From Lama glama (lineage: Eukaryota): a stretch of 64,000 nucleotides of DNA. Shown here piece by piece: positions 1 to 12,769 of this stretch. Numbering within the stretch: position 1 is the stretch's first letter; each line of letters opens with the position of its first letter. A program made the position numbers and the translations under genes. The stretch lies in assembly GCA_028534125.1 (NCBI GenBank), contig CM052816.1:18540001-18604000 (forward strand), in the 5' to 3' direction. Below the pieces are notes generated by a model that was not told the DNA's origin, searched no databases, and was given only the letters and a program-made list of their open reading frames with translations.

Positions 1-930
1 AAAAGGCATAGAAGGAGAAAAATAATAATTAAAGAAATAATGAAGGAAAACTCTCAGCTATAGAAAAATTTGCATTTTTAGGACTAAAGGGCTCATCCAC
101 TTTCAGGTTACACAAAAACCTCCAAGGTAATCATATCCTGGTGAAGTTTCTCAGATCTGAGGTTAAAGAGGAAATCCAACACATTTCCAGGCACAGAGAA
201 ATCTTTACTTACAAAGGAAAATGAATCCCATTGGTACAAAACTTCTCATTTGCGACAGGGGAAACCAGAGGACAGTAAAAGAATGCTCCTAGATTTTGAA
301 AGAAGAGGACTACATTCCAAGAATCCTACATCTAGACAACTTACCATTCATGTGTAAAGACTACTTTTCTGGGTATACAAGGACTCAGAAAGGACACTAG
401 TGTTTCTGTGAGAAAAGACTAAGGAAAGTGCTCTAACTAGGCTAAATTTAAATTGGAAAATAAAGACTGTAAGCTGTGGTAAGACGAAAAGAACAAAAAA
501 CATTTGGGAACAAGAACATGGTAGCCTTTATGGTTGAATCTAAAATCAGATGATGAGAATGGGACTGGGGCCTTTAATACCAGTGTCAAATGTGAAGAAA
601 GATGGGAAGGAGTAAAAGCTTTTGATAGAGGTTACAGAGAGGAGTGTCAGCAAAAGTTTCCATCTGGGACACCACTGATTAGAGAAATAGAGGTTTAAGT
701 TTCTTTGGAAAAAATTAAAAGTTAATACCATTGAAGTTAAATCCTCCTATAGAATGACTATCCAAAAAAAAAAATAAATAAATAAAGAGGAAAACCAAGC
801 TGATAAAATGTGTGTCTGTCTATGTGCAGTAAGTGTGTGTGTATGATTGCTAGGATTTATAGCAAAATATTAACTACTGATGGTAGGTTTATGGGTAACA
901 TTACTTCTTTTTTTAATTCATAAAAATTAT
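1..930 (+). mobile_element. Old degenerate L1 fragment(s) (ORF1-like region)
   Basis: A-rich plus strand with L1-like phrases such as aaagaaataatgaaggaaaac and ccaagaatcctacatctag. Confidence 0.5.
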
Positions 931-959
931 GGAACAATTAAATTCTACATGTGGAGGCA

Positions 960-1600
960 GGAAAAGTTTTGCACCCCTTAAGTACTGGGGATCTGTTGGG
1001 TCTGGGTTCCTCTTTGGGGGACAACCCGCTTCCAATTCCACATGCCTACTGCCTGGTCCTCGTGATGACTGGGTGCTACTGATCCTGGACAATCAGATGG
1101 CTCTCTCCTTCTGGCAGTCGGTCCAGGGATGGGTATCTGACCCATGAGTATATGGTTTTATGACTCAGAATGCATATAACAATCTACCTCTTTTATCTCA
1201 AGTAGCATGAAGTCATCATTGCCTGTTTTAGAACAAAACCAGGTAGGGGTAAATCAGTGAGGAGAGAGAAGGAAAAAGAGAACAGAGGGAGCTAAGAAGA
1301 TCGAAAGAGACAGACCATGATGACAATCCTGAACCTGTCTACCCTGCCAGTTTACTCCTTAGACTCCCCAGTTGTTTGAGTCAACACATTTCTTTTTAAA
1401 AAAATAATTTTTATTAATTATTATTTTTGACTTTTTTTTGATGGAGGTACTGGAGACTGAACCCAGGACCTTGTGCACGCTAAGCATGCACTCTACCACT
1501 GAGCTATACTCACCCTCCAATACGTTTCTTTTTTTAACTTAAGCTAAGCTAATGTGAGTTAGTTTCTGTCACTGTTAACTAAAAGAATCCTGACTAAGGA
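960..1600 (+). mobile_element. MaLR LTR (MLT1-like), interrupted by the SINE
   Basis: 3' end reads ...ttagtttctgtcactgttaactaaaagaatcctgactaa, typical of old MLT1 LTRs. Confidence 0.55.
1398..1518 (-). mobile_element. tRNA-derived SINE (camelid Vic-1-like) with A-rich tail and target-site duplication
   Basis: Minus strand GGAGGGTGAGTATAGCTCAGTGGTAGAGTGCATGCTTAGCGTGCACAAGGTCCTGGGTTCAGTCTCCAGTACCTCCAT plus A-rich tail; flanking direct repeats AACACATTTCTTTTT (1383-1397) and AATACGTTTCTTTTT (1519-1533). Confidence 0.85.
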
Positions 1601-1707
1601 AATGTCCCAGCCCCTAAAACTTCAGGACATGTTCACTAACATAACCTCTCTGAGTTTATTTTAATCAAGAATGCCTTCCTTTGCCAGTATGATATGATTT
1701 TAGCCCA

Positions 1708-1709
<2 letters not shown>

Positions 1710-1770
<61 letters not shown>
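1710..1770. repeat. Compound microsatellite (TA)n(CA)n
   Basis: About 14 TA units followed by about 16 CA units. Confidence 0.97.
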
Positions 1771-1773
<3 letters not shown>

Positions 1774-1989
1774 GTTTTAATGAAAGCAACTGCTATTCTC
1801 ACTCTCCTTATGAATAAAAAAAAAATCTGGGGAGTTCCTCCTCATAACATTATCTTTGTTCTGCCAAAGGGTGTTGTTTTGGGATGGCTCCACTGCCCTC
1901 CTCAGGCCCTGAGCCCTCATCTGCACTTCCTAAATAGAAACATTTGTTCATAGAAAATCTGCCTCCACTCCCACTGTTCACCCTCATCG

Positions 1990-2480
1990 CCTCTCAGTTT
2001 CCCCCCTGCTCACTATACTCCAGATACGGTGGTCTTTTCCTCTCATGACCTCAAAAATACCAGACTTTTACCTGACCTCAGGCCTTCATCCATGCTGTTC
2101 CCCCTGCCTGGAACTTTCTTTCTTCTGCTATCCTCTCCTTCCTGCACTTGGCTGCCTCTTCGTGTGTCAGCTCGAATATTACTTATGATATTCCTTCTTC
2201 CTACATCCTACTTCCTGGACAAGCTAATCTAAGATCTGACATCAACATCAACATCAACTTTCATTTTACTCTTTTCTTTCATAGCATTTATCATAAACCC
2301 TACGTATACAGTTACCTGTACTTCAGTAACCATGTGTCTAGTACCTCTTCCTCTAGAGACTACAAGCCCCACTGAGGGCAGTGGCAGGGTCTGTTTTATT
2401 CAGGGCACTCTCCCCAGTAACTAGAACAGTGCCTGACCCATGGCTGGCTCTCCTTAGATGCTGTTGAATGGATGAGTGCA
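1990..2480 (+). mobile_element. L2 3' fragment
   Basis: tgctgttccccctgcctggaac ... tagagactacaagccccactgagggcag ... tgttgaatggatga. Confidence 0.65.
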
Positions 2481-3009
2481 GCTTATGACCAGCCATTAAT
2501 ACATTGGACAGTTCCTGGAACACAGTCAGAAGGAGGCCTGCTTTCAGGAACAGGGCATGTCTTATAAGGCTTGCCAGTGAAACACCGCATAGATTAATGG
2601 CCTTTGCACTGACTTTAGCACAATAAAAAAAAGAATCAGGAAGGAGAGTTTCCAGGAACACCCTGGAGTCTGGAGAGCAAATGGACCGGGGTAAGGCTCC
2701 ATATTCCCACTTGTCTCTTACAGACATTGGCCAGGACTCAGTTGCATCCTCTATACAGGATGTTTCAGGATCACTGTTCAACCAGATCAACTGGGAAACC
2801 CCTGGCACAAATTTGTTTTCACAAAATGAGAAGGTACCCATCAAATTTAGATGTACTTGAAACATTTAAGCAGCAAAGTTAGAGGAAATGCCTAATGAAG
2901 GTATTAGACTCTCAGATCAGAAGGAAAGGGGGTGTTTGTAATATTAGAACCACAGCTTTCCATTTTATAAGTTTTTTTAAATTTATTTCTCACACTATAC
3001 AGTAATGTC

Positions 3010-3270
3010 AGAGCAAGGGCTTTGAAGTAAGCGAGACCTGGGTTTGAATCAAGTCCTGCTACTTACTAGCTATGTGACACAAAGCAAGTTACTTAACTCC
3101 TCTCGGCCTTGGAGTTTTTCATTTTCTTCCTTCTGAAATGGAGGATAATATCAGAACCTACCATATAGGGTGATGGTGCATGAGTGGGCATTATAATATC
3201 ATAGTCAAAGCAAAGCACTTATCACAATGTCTCGCACCTAATGAGCACCCCATACTCATTGTGAGTTACT
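3010..3270 (+). mobile_element. MIR SINE
   Basis: acctgggtttgaatc...acttactagctatgtgac...gcaagttacttaac core. Confidence 0.75.
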
Positions 3271-3274
3271 GTTA

Positions 3275-3965
3275 TCTTTTTTTTATTGAATAAAAGATCC
3301 TTTAAATTCTATACTGCTTTACAATTTTCAAAAGTTTCACAACATGATTTCGTATAATCCTGTAATAACCCCCTTTCTCCTCTTACACCCTTTCCTTTCC
3401 CCACCAGTAACCACTAGTGTGTTCTCTATATCTGTGAGTCTGCTTTTTTTTCTGTTTTATTCACTAGTTTGTTGTATTTTTTAGATTCCACATATAAGTG
3501 ATATCATACAGTATTTGTCTTTGAGTTATTTCAATTAGCTTTCCAAGTATATCCACATTACTACAAATGGCAAAATTTCATTCTTTTTATGACTGAGTAG
3601 TATTCCACTGTGTGTGTGTGTACACACAACATCTTCTTTATCCATTTGTCTATTGATGGACACTTAGGTTGCCTTCATATATTGGCAATTGCAAGTAATG
3701 CTGCTATGAAATTGGGGTGCATCTATCTTTTCAAATTAGTGGTTTTGTTTTTTCAGATATATACCCAGGAGTGGAATTGCTGGGTCACATAGGAGTTCTA
3801 TTTTCAGTTTTTTGAGAAACCACCAAGCTGTTTTTCACAGTGACTGCACCAATTTTCATTCCCACCAACAGTGACGAGGGTTCCCTTTTCTCCACCTCCT
3901 CGCCAACATCTGTAATTTGTGTTCTTTTTGATACTAGCCATTCGGACATGTGTCAGGTGATATCT
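3275..3965 (-). mobile_element. L1 3' end (ORF2 C-terminus and 3' UTR)
   Basis: The ORF at 3804-4064(-) contains RYHLTHVRMASIKK...CWRGGGEKGTL, the L1 ORF2 C-terminal motif; poly-T at the left end. Confidence 0.85.
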
Positions 3966-5632
3966 ATTGTTATAGACAACAGTAGTAGCTATTGTTATAC
4001 CTATTCTTGTAAACATAGGTAAAACATCTAAAGTGCTGGGTATCTGGCACATAGTAAATAGCAACTGACTACTGTTTTTTTTTTTTTGACTCCAACAAAG
4101 GTGCTATTCAAATATTCAACTACCCTGGCACCAGCCAGTCAGAGAGACGCTAAGCTTTTACCTTTTGGATTTGTGGGAGGAAAGGAGTAGGCTACTGTGG
4201 GTCAGAGGGCATGGGGGAGGGCAGGGATGGCGGTGATGGTGGGGGGTCATTTTAGGGGATTCTGGCAGTGGCCAGGTACCCAACCATTCAGAGGTATTTC
4301 TACATTTGACCCCCAGGGGAGCAAGCCAGCTCACCACCAGCCTGGAGCCGGTACTGAGTTAGATCTTGTGGAGGATTCCAAACCAAGGATAGTGCTAATT
4401 CTTACCCAGTTAGAAAATCACCTCCACAGCTCACTTCCACAGCCAGGGCCAGCGTCCCGCCTCCGGCTCCTTTTCTCGACCCTTCTTTGTTCACTACCCA
4501 CACAGGAACCATCATCTCCCTCCACGCCCAGTGACTCGCAGCCTCAACAACACCTCCACCATCACACTGTGCAGGGACTGCCCCCCCCCCGGAAACCCTT
4601 CCCAGTCCCCAAGGCTAACTCCATGTTCCCCTCTCTCCCTATCCCCCATACCAGCCAGAGGTGGGAGTCAGCCCCTCCCCCATCTGCAACACAGTCTCCC
4701 TCTCCCTGCCCTCGGCCATCATCCCCATCCTAAGCCTCGGCTATTCCCAGCTCCAGCCCCACGCTGAGGCCCTCAGGGGCCATAAACGTTTACCCCATTT
4801 CCCACTCTCCACCAGGGCTGCCAGACCCTCCAACCATCAGAGGCCTTAGGGCTGGGCCTGCCTTCCCACCCCAGCTGACTCTCGCTCGGGAAATGGCTGG
4901 CCTCTATTTTGAGCAGAGGGACGTGTCACACCTCCCTGGCCCAGGACACCTCCTCCCTTGCCAAAAAACCACACTCCAAGTGTGCTTAGCCAATGACCTT
5001 TCAGTCCTGGTCTGCAAAAGCTGTCAGGATCTTTCAAGTTGCCTAAATCCTCTGAGCCTCCAAAAAGTAAATCTTATTTTCTCTTTTTTTCCTGTAGTTG
5101 GCTATATATAGCTCCATGCACAATAGTTAACCTTGGAGGGCTGAACACTTGGACAGGCTTGGCCTATTGTCTTAACACCCGCCCACGTGCAGCCAGAAGC
5201 CACAACCGCAACCGCCCAACTGGGAACCGCCTGCAGGGAGGGGTTCACAGAGAGGGAACCCATCCAGCTATTTCGGGCGGGACCCACAGGTCCTGGCTCT
5301 GCTGCTTCTTTCCTGTGCAGCTCTGGAGAGCTGACTTGAGGTCTCTGAGCCTCAGTTTTCTAAGCCGTCAAAATACTGTAAATTTGGTAGGAGGAACAAA
5401 AGGCAAGAGAACTACTGTATAAATTTGCCAAGAATCTAATTCAGAGCGGGGGTCAATGGTGGTTGCCAAATAAATATGTACTGTTGATTATGTTACCTGG
5501 TCACTTTTTGAACCTCTGGGCGTTTGGCAACTGAGAAACATATCATTTCTCTTTCTGTCACTCACCCACACAGCACACTCAGGCATATACACTTAGAAAA
5601 GGCTATTTGCTCCTCCCTTTCTTTTCTTTTTT

Positions 5633-5740
5633 AAATTTTTTTTAAATTGAAGCATAATCAGTTTACAATGCTGTGCCAATTTCTGGTGTACAGCTTAATG
5701 TTCCAGTCATACATGTACATACATATACTCCTTTCTTAAT
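5633..5740 (-). mobile_element. Short artiodactyl-type L1 3' terminus
   Basis: ttttaaattgaagcataatcagtttacaatgctgtgccaatttctggtgtacagc. Confidence 0.65.
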
Positions 5741-5859
5741 GTTTCGCTCTTATCTGCTGACGACCTATCATTGAGCTTGCTCCTAACACTTTTGAGGCAA
5801 AAGGCAGAGTGTGAAGGGAGGTCCATATACTACAGGCCTGTACAGTAAAACAGTTTTAC

Positions 5860-8760
5860 TGACACAATAAACTCCACATGATAGGTTTTGACATATGCAC
5901 ACACCCATGGGACCAGAATCATGAAGTGGACACGTCTAATACCCTCCCAAAAATCTCCCCCCTTTATAGTTCCACCCTCCCATACCTCCCACGCCACCCC
6001 CACCATCCTCAGGCAACTACTGTTCTGCTTTCTGTCAAAACAGATTAATTTGCTTTTTTCCTTTTTTAAAGAGTTTTATATAAATGGATCCATATAGTAT
6101 GTATCCATTTTGGTTGGTTTCTCTATTGAAGCATAATTATTATGAAATTGGAATATTCATGTACAAAATTTTGTTTCTACATGTTTTTCTCTTGAGTAAA
6201 CAGCTAGTAGTGGAATGCCTGGATCATGTATGTGTATGTTTAGTGTTTCAGAAACCCCCACACTGCTTTCCTGCCAGAGTGGTTGTACCATTCTATATCC
6301 CCACCAGCAGTGCACGAGCGTTCCAGTTCCTTCACATTCTTGCCAACACTTGGAATAGTTAGTCTTTTTCATCTAGCCATTCTAATGAATGTGTAGTGAT
6401 ATCTTACTGTGGTTTTAATTTGCATTTCCCTAAAAATTAATGATGTTGAGAATATTTTACCATGAACTTATTTGCAATCCATATATCTTCTTTGGTGAGC
6501 TGTCCAAATCTTTGGCCTATTTACAATAAAATGAGCTGCTTATTTTCTCACTGTTGAGTTTTAAGGGTTCTTTTACAAGTGCTTTATCAGGTATATGATA
6601 TGCAAAGATTTTTCTTTCAGTCCATGGCTTGTCTTTTTATTCTCTTAACAGCATCTTTCAAAGAGCAGTTTTTTGTTTTGTTTTGCTTATTGAAGTATAG
6701 TCAGTTTACAATGTTGGGTTAATTTCTAGTGTACAGCACAGTGATTCAGTTATACATATATTCCTTTTCATATTCTTTTTCATTATAGGCTATTACAAGA
6801 TATTGAATATAGTTCCCTGTGCTATAAAGTAGGACCTTGTCCATTGTTTATGCATTTTATAGTTTCCTCTGGATATATATACCCAGGGATGGGATTGCTG
6901 AATCATAGGGTAAGTCTATTTTTAATTTTTTAAGGAATCTCCATACTGTTTTCCATAATGGCTGCACCAGACTACATTCTCACCAACAGTGTGGGAGGGT
7001 TCCCTTTTCTCCACACCCTCTCCAGCATTTATCATTTGTGGACTTTTTTAGTAATGGCCATTCTGACTGGTGTGAGGTGATACACACTGTAATTTTGATT
7101 TGCATTTCTCTGATAATTAGCAATATTGAGCATTTTTTCATTTGCCTATTAGCCATTTGTATGCCTTCATTGCAGAAATATTTGGTTAGGTCTTCCAAAG
7201 AGCAGAGTGTTAAATCTTGATGGAAGTCATCATTTTTTTTCTTTTATGAATTATGCTTTTTGGTCTCATATCTAAGAAACTTTTGCCTAACTCAAGGTCA
7301 GAAATATTTTCTCCTAGAAATTTTATGGTTTTTAGATTTTACATTTGATCTATGAGCCATCATTAGTTAATTAAAAAATAATAATTCCATTGTGTATATG
7401 GTGGGGGAAATCACTACATTTTTTTCTTTTGGTATATGGATAAAACCAATTATTTCAGCCCCATTTGTTGAAAAGACTACCTTCTCCACTGAACTGCCTT
7501 TGCAACTCTGTCAAGAATCAGTTGCCTAAATATGTGTGGGTCTATTTTTGGAGTCTCTATTCCGTTCCATGATTTATTTGTCTGTCTTCATGCCAGTATT
7601 GCACTATCTTGATAATGTAGTCTTAAAATTGGGTAATGTTAGCACTCCGATTTTATTCTTCTTTTTCAAAGTTGTTTTGGCTAATCTAGTTCCTTTAATT
7701 TTTTTAATATCAATTTTAAAATAAGATTGAATCAGATTGTCAATTTTTAACAACAAAAAGCCAGTTGAGATTCTGACTGGAAGAGTATGGAATCTATAGA
7801 ACCATGTAGACAGAACTGAAAACAACACTGAGTCTTCTGACCCATGAACAAGATATGTTTCTCCATTTATTTAGGTTTTCTTTCATTTGTCTCAGCACTG
7901 TTTTATAGCTTTCAGTCTAGGGTCGTGCACATATTTTACTATATTCAGCCTTAAGTATTTCATAAATTTTGTTGCTATTGTAAATGATATTTTTGAAATT
8001 TTCAACTGTAGTTGTTTATCGATATAAATGAAAATACAATTGATTTTTGTATGCTGATCTTGTATCCTGCAACCTTGCTAAAATGACTTATTAGTTGTAG
8101 CAGCTTTTTGTAGATTCCATCAGATTTTCTACATACACCAATTGTGTCACTGGCCAATAAACACAGGTTCCCTTCTTTCTTTCTGAACTGGATAACTTTT
8201 ATTAATATTATGTAAAAGTGGTAAGAGTGGACATCCCTGTTTGATTCTTCATCTTAGAGGAGAAAAGCCATTCAGTCTTCCACACTTAGGTATGATGTTG
8301 GATGCAGGCCTTTTGCATACGCTCATTATCAGGTTGAGGAAGTTCTCTGCTGTTTCTAGGTTGTTGAATATTTTTAAAATCAGGAATGGATTCTGGATTT
8401 TTAAATGCCTTTTCTGCATCTACTGCTGTAGTTTCATGTGTGTGTGTGTGTATGTGTGTCTGTGCATATATATGTACATATTTTTAAAAGTTTGTTAATA
8501 TAGTGAACTACACGTTAGTTAACCAACTATATGAAGGTTAAATAAACCTTCCATTTCTGGGATAAACCCCATTTAGTCATGATGTATTAACCCATTTACA
8601 GACTACTGGATTCTATTTTCTAAGATTTTGTTTAGGATTTTTACATCTATGATCATAGGGGATGTCAATCTGTTGTTTTCTTGTTATGAGTTTTTCTAGT
8701 GTGGTATTAGAGTAATGTTAATGACATTAAAATGAGATGGCTTCCCCTCGGGTGTAAGCT
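5860..8760 (-). mobile_element. Old L1 (L1M-type) ORF2/3' UTR remnant
   Basis: Degenerate ORF2 peptides (LAKTTLKKKNKIGVLTLPNFK; GTLVHCWWGYRMVQPLW). Confidence 0.85.
6669..7195 (-). mobile_element. Younger L1 3' fragment nested in the older L1
   Basis: IQMANRQMKKCSILLIIREMQIK...CWRGCGEKGTL; flanked by direct repeat CAAAGAGCAG (6659-6668 and 7196-7205). Confidence 0.85.
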
Positions 8761-10319
8761 ATTCTTGGGATGATATCCTGAGAAAAAGGTGCACATAGAC
8801 CCTGCAAGACCCTCAGGGCCGTTCTGGCAGGTGATTTGTGTATTCCAGTTATCTGGAGTATGACCTAGAAAAGTTCTGGGTATGCATTCCCCTTTGGTTC
8901 CTGTGGAAAGCATTGCAGGTAGGGCTCTTGAAAGCACTAGGCATAGGGTAGGGACACCTTTTTCCAAGGTCTAAGGCACACCCCCTCCACGCAGCCTTCT
9001 GGAATCCTGACTAGCCATCATCTAGAATCTTTGTCCACTCTAAATCTAACCCCTCTCCCTCCTATGAACCTTCCTGTGTGAATCACCCTGGTAAAGATAC
9101 TCTCTAGCGAGTTTTCAACTTCTTGCTACTGCCTCCTTCCCAACAGCATTAAGACATGCCCAAGGCTCTCATCTAAAAGACCAACAACGAAACAAAGCTC
9201 TCCTCGGTGCTGGAGTTCCTTACCACCCCTGCTCCCTCTCTCCTTTCATAGCCCAACTTCCAGGAAGAGCTGAATGCCCTCACTCTGTCCCCACATCCCA
9301 TTCACCTCTAACAAACATGAATCCGACTCTCAGCCTCACCACTCCTGCCCAGGTCACCGACAAACTCCCAGTTGCCAGTCACTTCAGAGCCCTTCGGCTG
9401 CACCCCATCTTGATTCCTCTCCTGCTGATGGCTTCAAAAGCCTGCTCCTTCTCCTGCCTCTCTGGCTTTTGCTTCTTCCACAGACTCCTACATACCCAGG
9501 CTCCCCTGGGTCTGTTCTCTCTTCTCCCCCTCAGACTGATCACCTAACTCCAGATGACTTACCCCATCTCCACCAGCAGCTGCACGAATTTACTCAGGGA
9601 GTGCACTGCTCAGTTCCAGAGAGCACTGTTCACACGGTGGTCCTTCTGAAGGGCAATGCCCAGAACTGAGCTATGTGCAACCTGGTCATATGTGGTTGCC
9701 CTGCTTGTCCACACTCCAAACATACTACTTGACATCCCACAGAACAATGGTCTACTGCATCTCTTGGCTGTAAGGTTTTAAGGGCTGAATTCATGTTTGA
9801 AGGGCCTGGCACACAGTAGATGATTTTAAGGGTGTGCTGAATGTATGAACCCACCACCCAATCCCAGCCAGCAAAGATCTCTCCATTGAGAAGGGCTGCC
9901 ATGCCATAAGTGTGGGGCTGTACTTCCTTTAGACTATGTGTCCTCTTGGACTAGAGAAAAAACTGTTTGCTAACCCTATTACCAGACAATCCCATTCTCT
10001 GAGCTGATGCTAGCTGTGCATTCTATTCTGCCTCTTTGAGCCTCAGTTTACTCATCCAGAAAATAAGGTCTACCTTGCAGACTAAGGCAAGGAGTCTTAA
10101 GGCAAAGGTGTCAAAACCACCCCTGCTTTCTGTCCCTTTCACTCTAACCCACAGCACTCAGGGTAATACTTCTGGCTAAAACTTACCCCAGAAAAAAATT
10201 TATTGATCATGGAAGGGCATCTGGAAGGGAAAAGGGAGCCAAAACCCTGGGAAGTATGTTCTGCCTTACCCTGTGTTAGCTCTCAGTGTCAATTCTATTC
10301 CGCTTATTAGTATTATTTA

Positions 10320-10900
10320 GTTATTCATTCATCCATCCATTTAGCAAATGTTGCCTGCTTGCTACTGACAAGTGCTGGGGCAGGCACTGGGAGAGGAGGA
10401 TTATATGCACAGATATGGTCCCTTTCTCCATGACACTGTACTCTGCCACACTTGGAAATGTCTGAGTTTATTTAGGTGTGAATCTACTAATGGAAGGAAA
10501 ACACAGAGCTGATTTGACAGAATGTAAGGTGGCGGTGGGGGTGGGGCTGTGTGGAGGCTGTGGTGTGAAAAGTAGGGAGATGGCTCTTTAGACAGAATGG
10601 CCACAGAAGAGCCCTCTGAAGAGGTGGCACATGAGCTGAATATTAAAGACGGGCTTACAGGGCAGGGAGTGCTCTAAGAGAGAAGGAGCGAGAAAGGGCG
10701 TGCCTGAGGAACCAGAGAACACAATGTGGTTGCAGCAAAAGCAGACAAGAGGAGAGGGGCAACAAGTACTATCAGAAAGGCCGGCAGGCACCAGAGCATC
10801 CAGCAAACAAAGTCTGGGTTGGTTTGTAAGAATGAGAAGAGATCTTTCAGGGTTTGGAGCGGGAATCCAAGTGATCAGCTTTAGGTTTTACAAAGACGGG
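10320..10900 (-). mobile_element. L2 fragment
   Basis: ttcattcatccatccatttagcaaatg... L2 3' end signature. Confidence 0.55.
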
Positions 10901-10925
10901 AGATGTCTTACTGTCCCGGGACATT

Positions 10926-10944
10926 TGCCCACCAGGGGGAGCGC
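10926..10944 (+). promoter_or_regulatory. Candidate CTCF binding site
   Basis: TGCCCACCAGGGGGAGCGC closely matches the CTCF consensus TGGCCACCAGGGGGCGC. Confidence 0.65.
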
Positions 10945-11184
10945 CTGGAATGCATCCTCTGGGTCCTTTGTGCCTGCTGGTTCTCATTCCTAAACATGGC
11001 TCTAGGCGCCAAAACCAGGCCTTGCTCAGATTAGGGGGTGGTAGTGATTTGGAAAGAAATAATCATTGGTAATTATTTTATTAATTTCTTTATGAATCTA
11101 ACGTGCCTGACTTGAATGAGGAATATTATTACAGCATAGCTTCCCAGTCCTCCATGAGGTACATACTATTAATAAGCCCATTTG

Positions 11185-11760
11185 GGGATGGCAACTTGGC
11201 AATTACAATTGTAATTCTGTATGTTACTCAGCCCAGCAATTCCACTTCTGGGAATTTACCATCAAGAAATATTTGTCTCTGTTCATGAGGAGGCTTGTGC
11301 GAAGATGTTCATCGGAACACTATTTGTAAACTGGTGAAAAAAAATAGAAACAACTTACATGTCCAGTCCCTACCAGGAGAATGGCAAAATAAATTATGGT
11401 TCATGTACTCTTGGGGAGCTATCATAAATAATGAGACATCTCCAGATGCTGTTATGCGAACATCTCCCAGACACACAGTGGAGTTTTGCACAAACCTGGG
11501 GCAGTATAGTCCTAGCAAATGAAGCAAAACAGAGCCATAACCCAAACAAAGCTATGCATTTTCATTTACCATTATATGTAAATTTATAGAAAGAGGACTA
11601 GAAGGAACCACAGCCAACTATTAAAAAATAGCTGTTTACTCTGGGGAGGGAGGGGTTGGATTGGTAGCTAGGATTGGGTCAAGTACGGCTTTGGCTACCT
11701 GTATTCATTTTAATTTTTCATGTGGTTTTGGTTCATACAGCATAAATATAAAAACAATGC
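11185..11760 (+). mobile_element. Old L1 (L1ME-like) 3' fragment
   Basis: cccagcaattccacttctgggaatttacc ... aaataaattatggttcat. Confidence 0.65.
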
Positions 11761-12769
11761 AAAGTGTGAGCTTGAAGTCACATAGTTAGGGAGTAGGGGG
11801 AGCTGGATTCCACCCAGGTTGGGGGCAGCACAGTTTCTAGTATAATGGATTTCATCTCTCCTCACTCACTTATTCACTCACCACACCTTTACTGAGTGTC
11901 TATTGTGGACCAGGCACCCTGCTAGCTACAGGGAAACAGTAAAGAGCAAAATGGAAGATTCCTGTCTAGTGTTTACTAATTGTTCGAAATATTTTAAAAG
12001 ACACACTACGCATCACTCTTCCCCTTTCCTGAGAGTTCTAACTTTGGTTCTGTCCCTGAATAACTGTTATTTTTTATAATTCCTAATTTTTTAGTTATTA
12101 ACTCTTGAGTCTCAGCTTATTCATCTGCAAAATGGGCCAAACACTACCAGCCTCACAGTTGTTCTAGTCATTAAATGAGGCAAATAAATGCTTAATCCCG
12201 AACTTGGTGCCTGGTATGTAGTCAATAAACCCAGACACTATTATCCTTGAGGCCTCAGCCTCTGAGTTGGCAATTTACGGGTAATGTCTCCATCTAGCTT
12301 CTGAGTCCTCCAAAAGGAAAGAAGTGTAAATAAAGGGGTGGGATAGGGGAAAGGAGGAACGAGTCACACTACTTTACTCTAGACAGGGATTTTATCCTGA
12401 GCTATGATGCTATACTCTTGGGCCTCTGCGCCCTATCTTTGCTTTCTCCTGGACTGCGAATTCCTGATTAATTCACTCACCTTCCCATGCGAAAACCATT
12501 TGCTGACCAAGAATTCTGTGTCCCCAAGGCCCAGCTCAAGGCCTGACCCAGATATAAAACAGCGGCCTCAGCCCTTGGCAAACTCACACGCTGCCTGTGG
12601 GCTACTTTATAGAGGACCTCAGCTCCTCAGTCCGCTGGCGGACACCCCGAGGGGTTTTTAAGAGAGGACTGCTCAGCCGCCTGCCCTGACCCAGGACCAC
12701 GATCTGCTCACCGCCACCCCGCGTCCTCCCGCCACAGATTCTGGTCCCTTTCTGTGGTTCCGCTGGCAG

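Noticed and set aside
1441..1518. Possible tRNA-Ala gene
   Set aside because: It has an A-rich tail, a target-site duplication, a degenerate B box and no proper acceptor stem, so it is a SINE.
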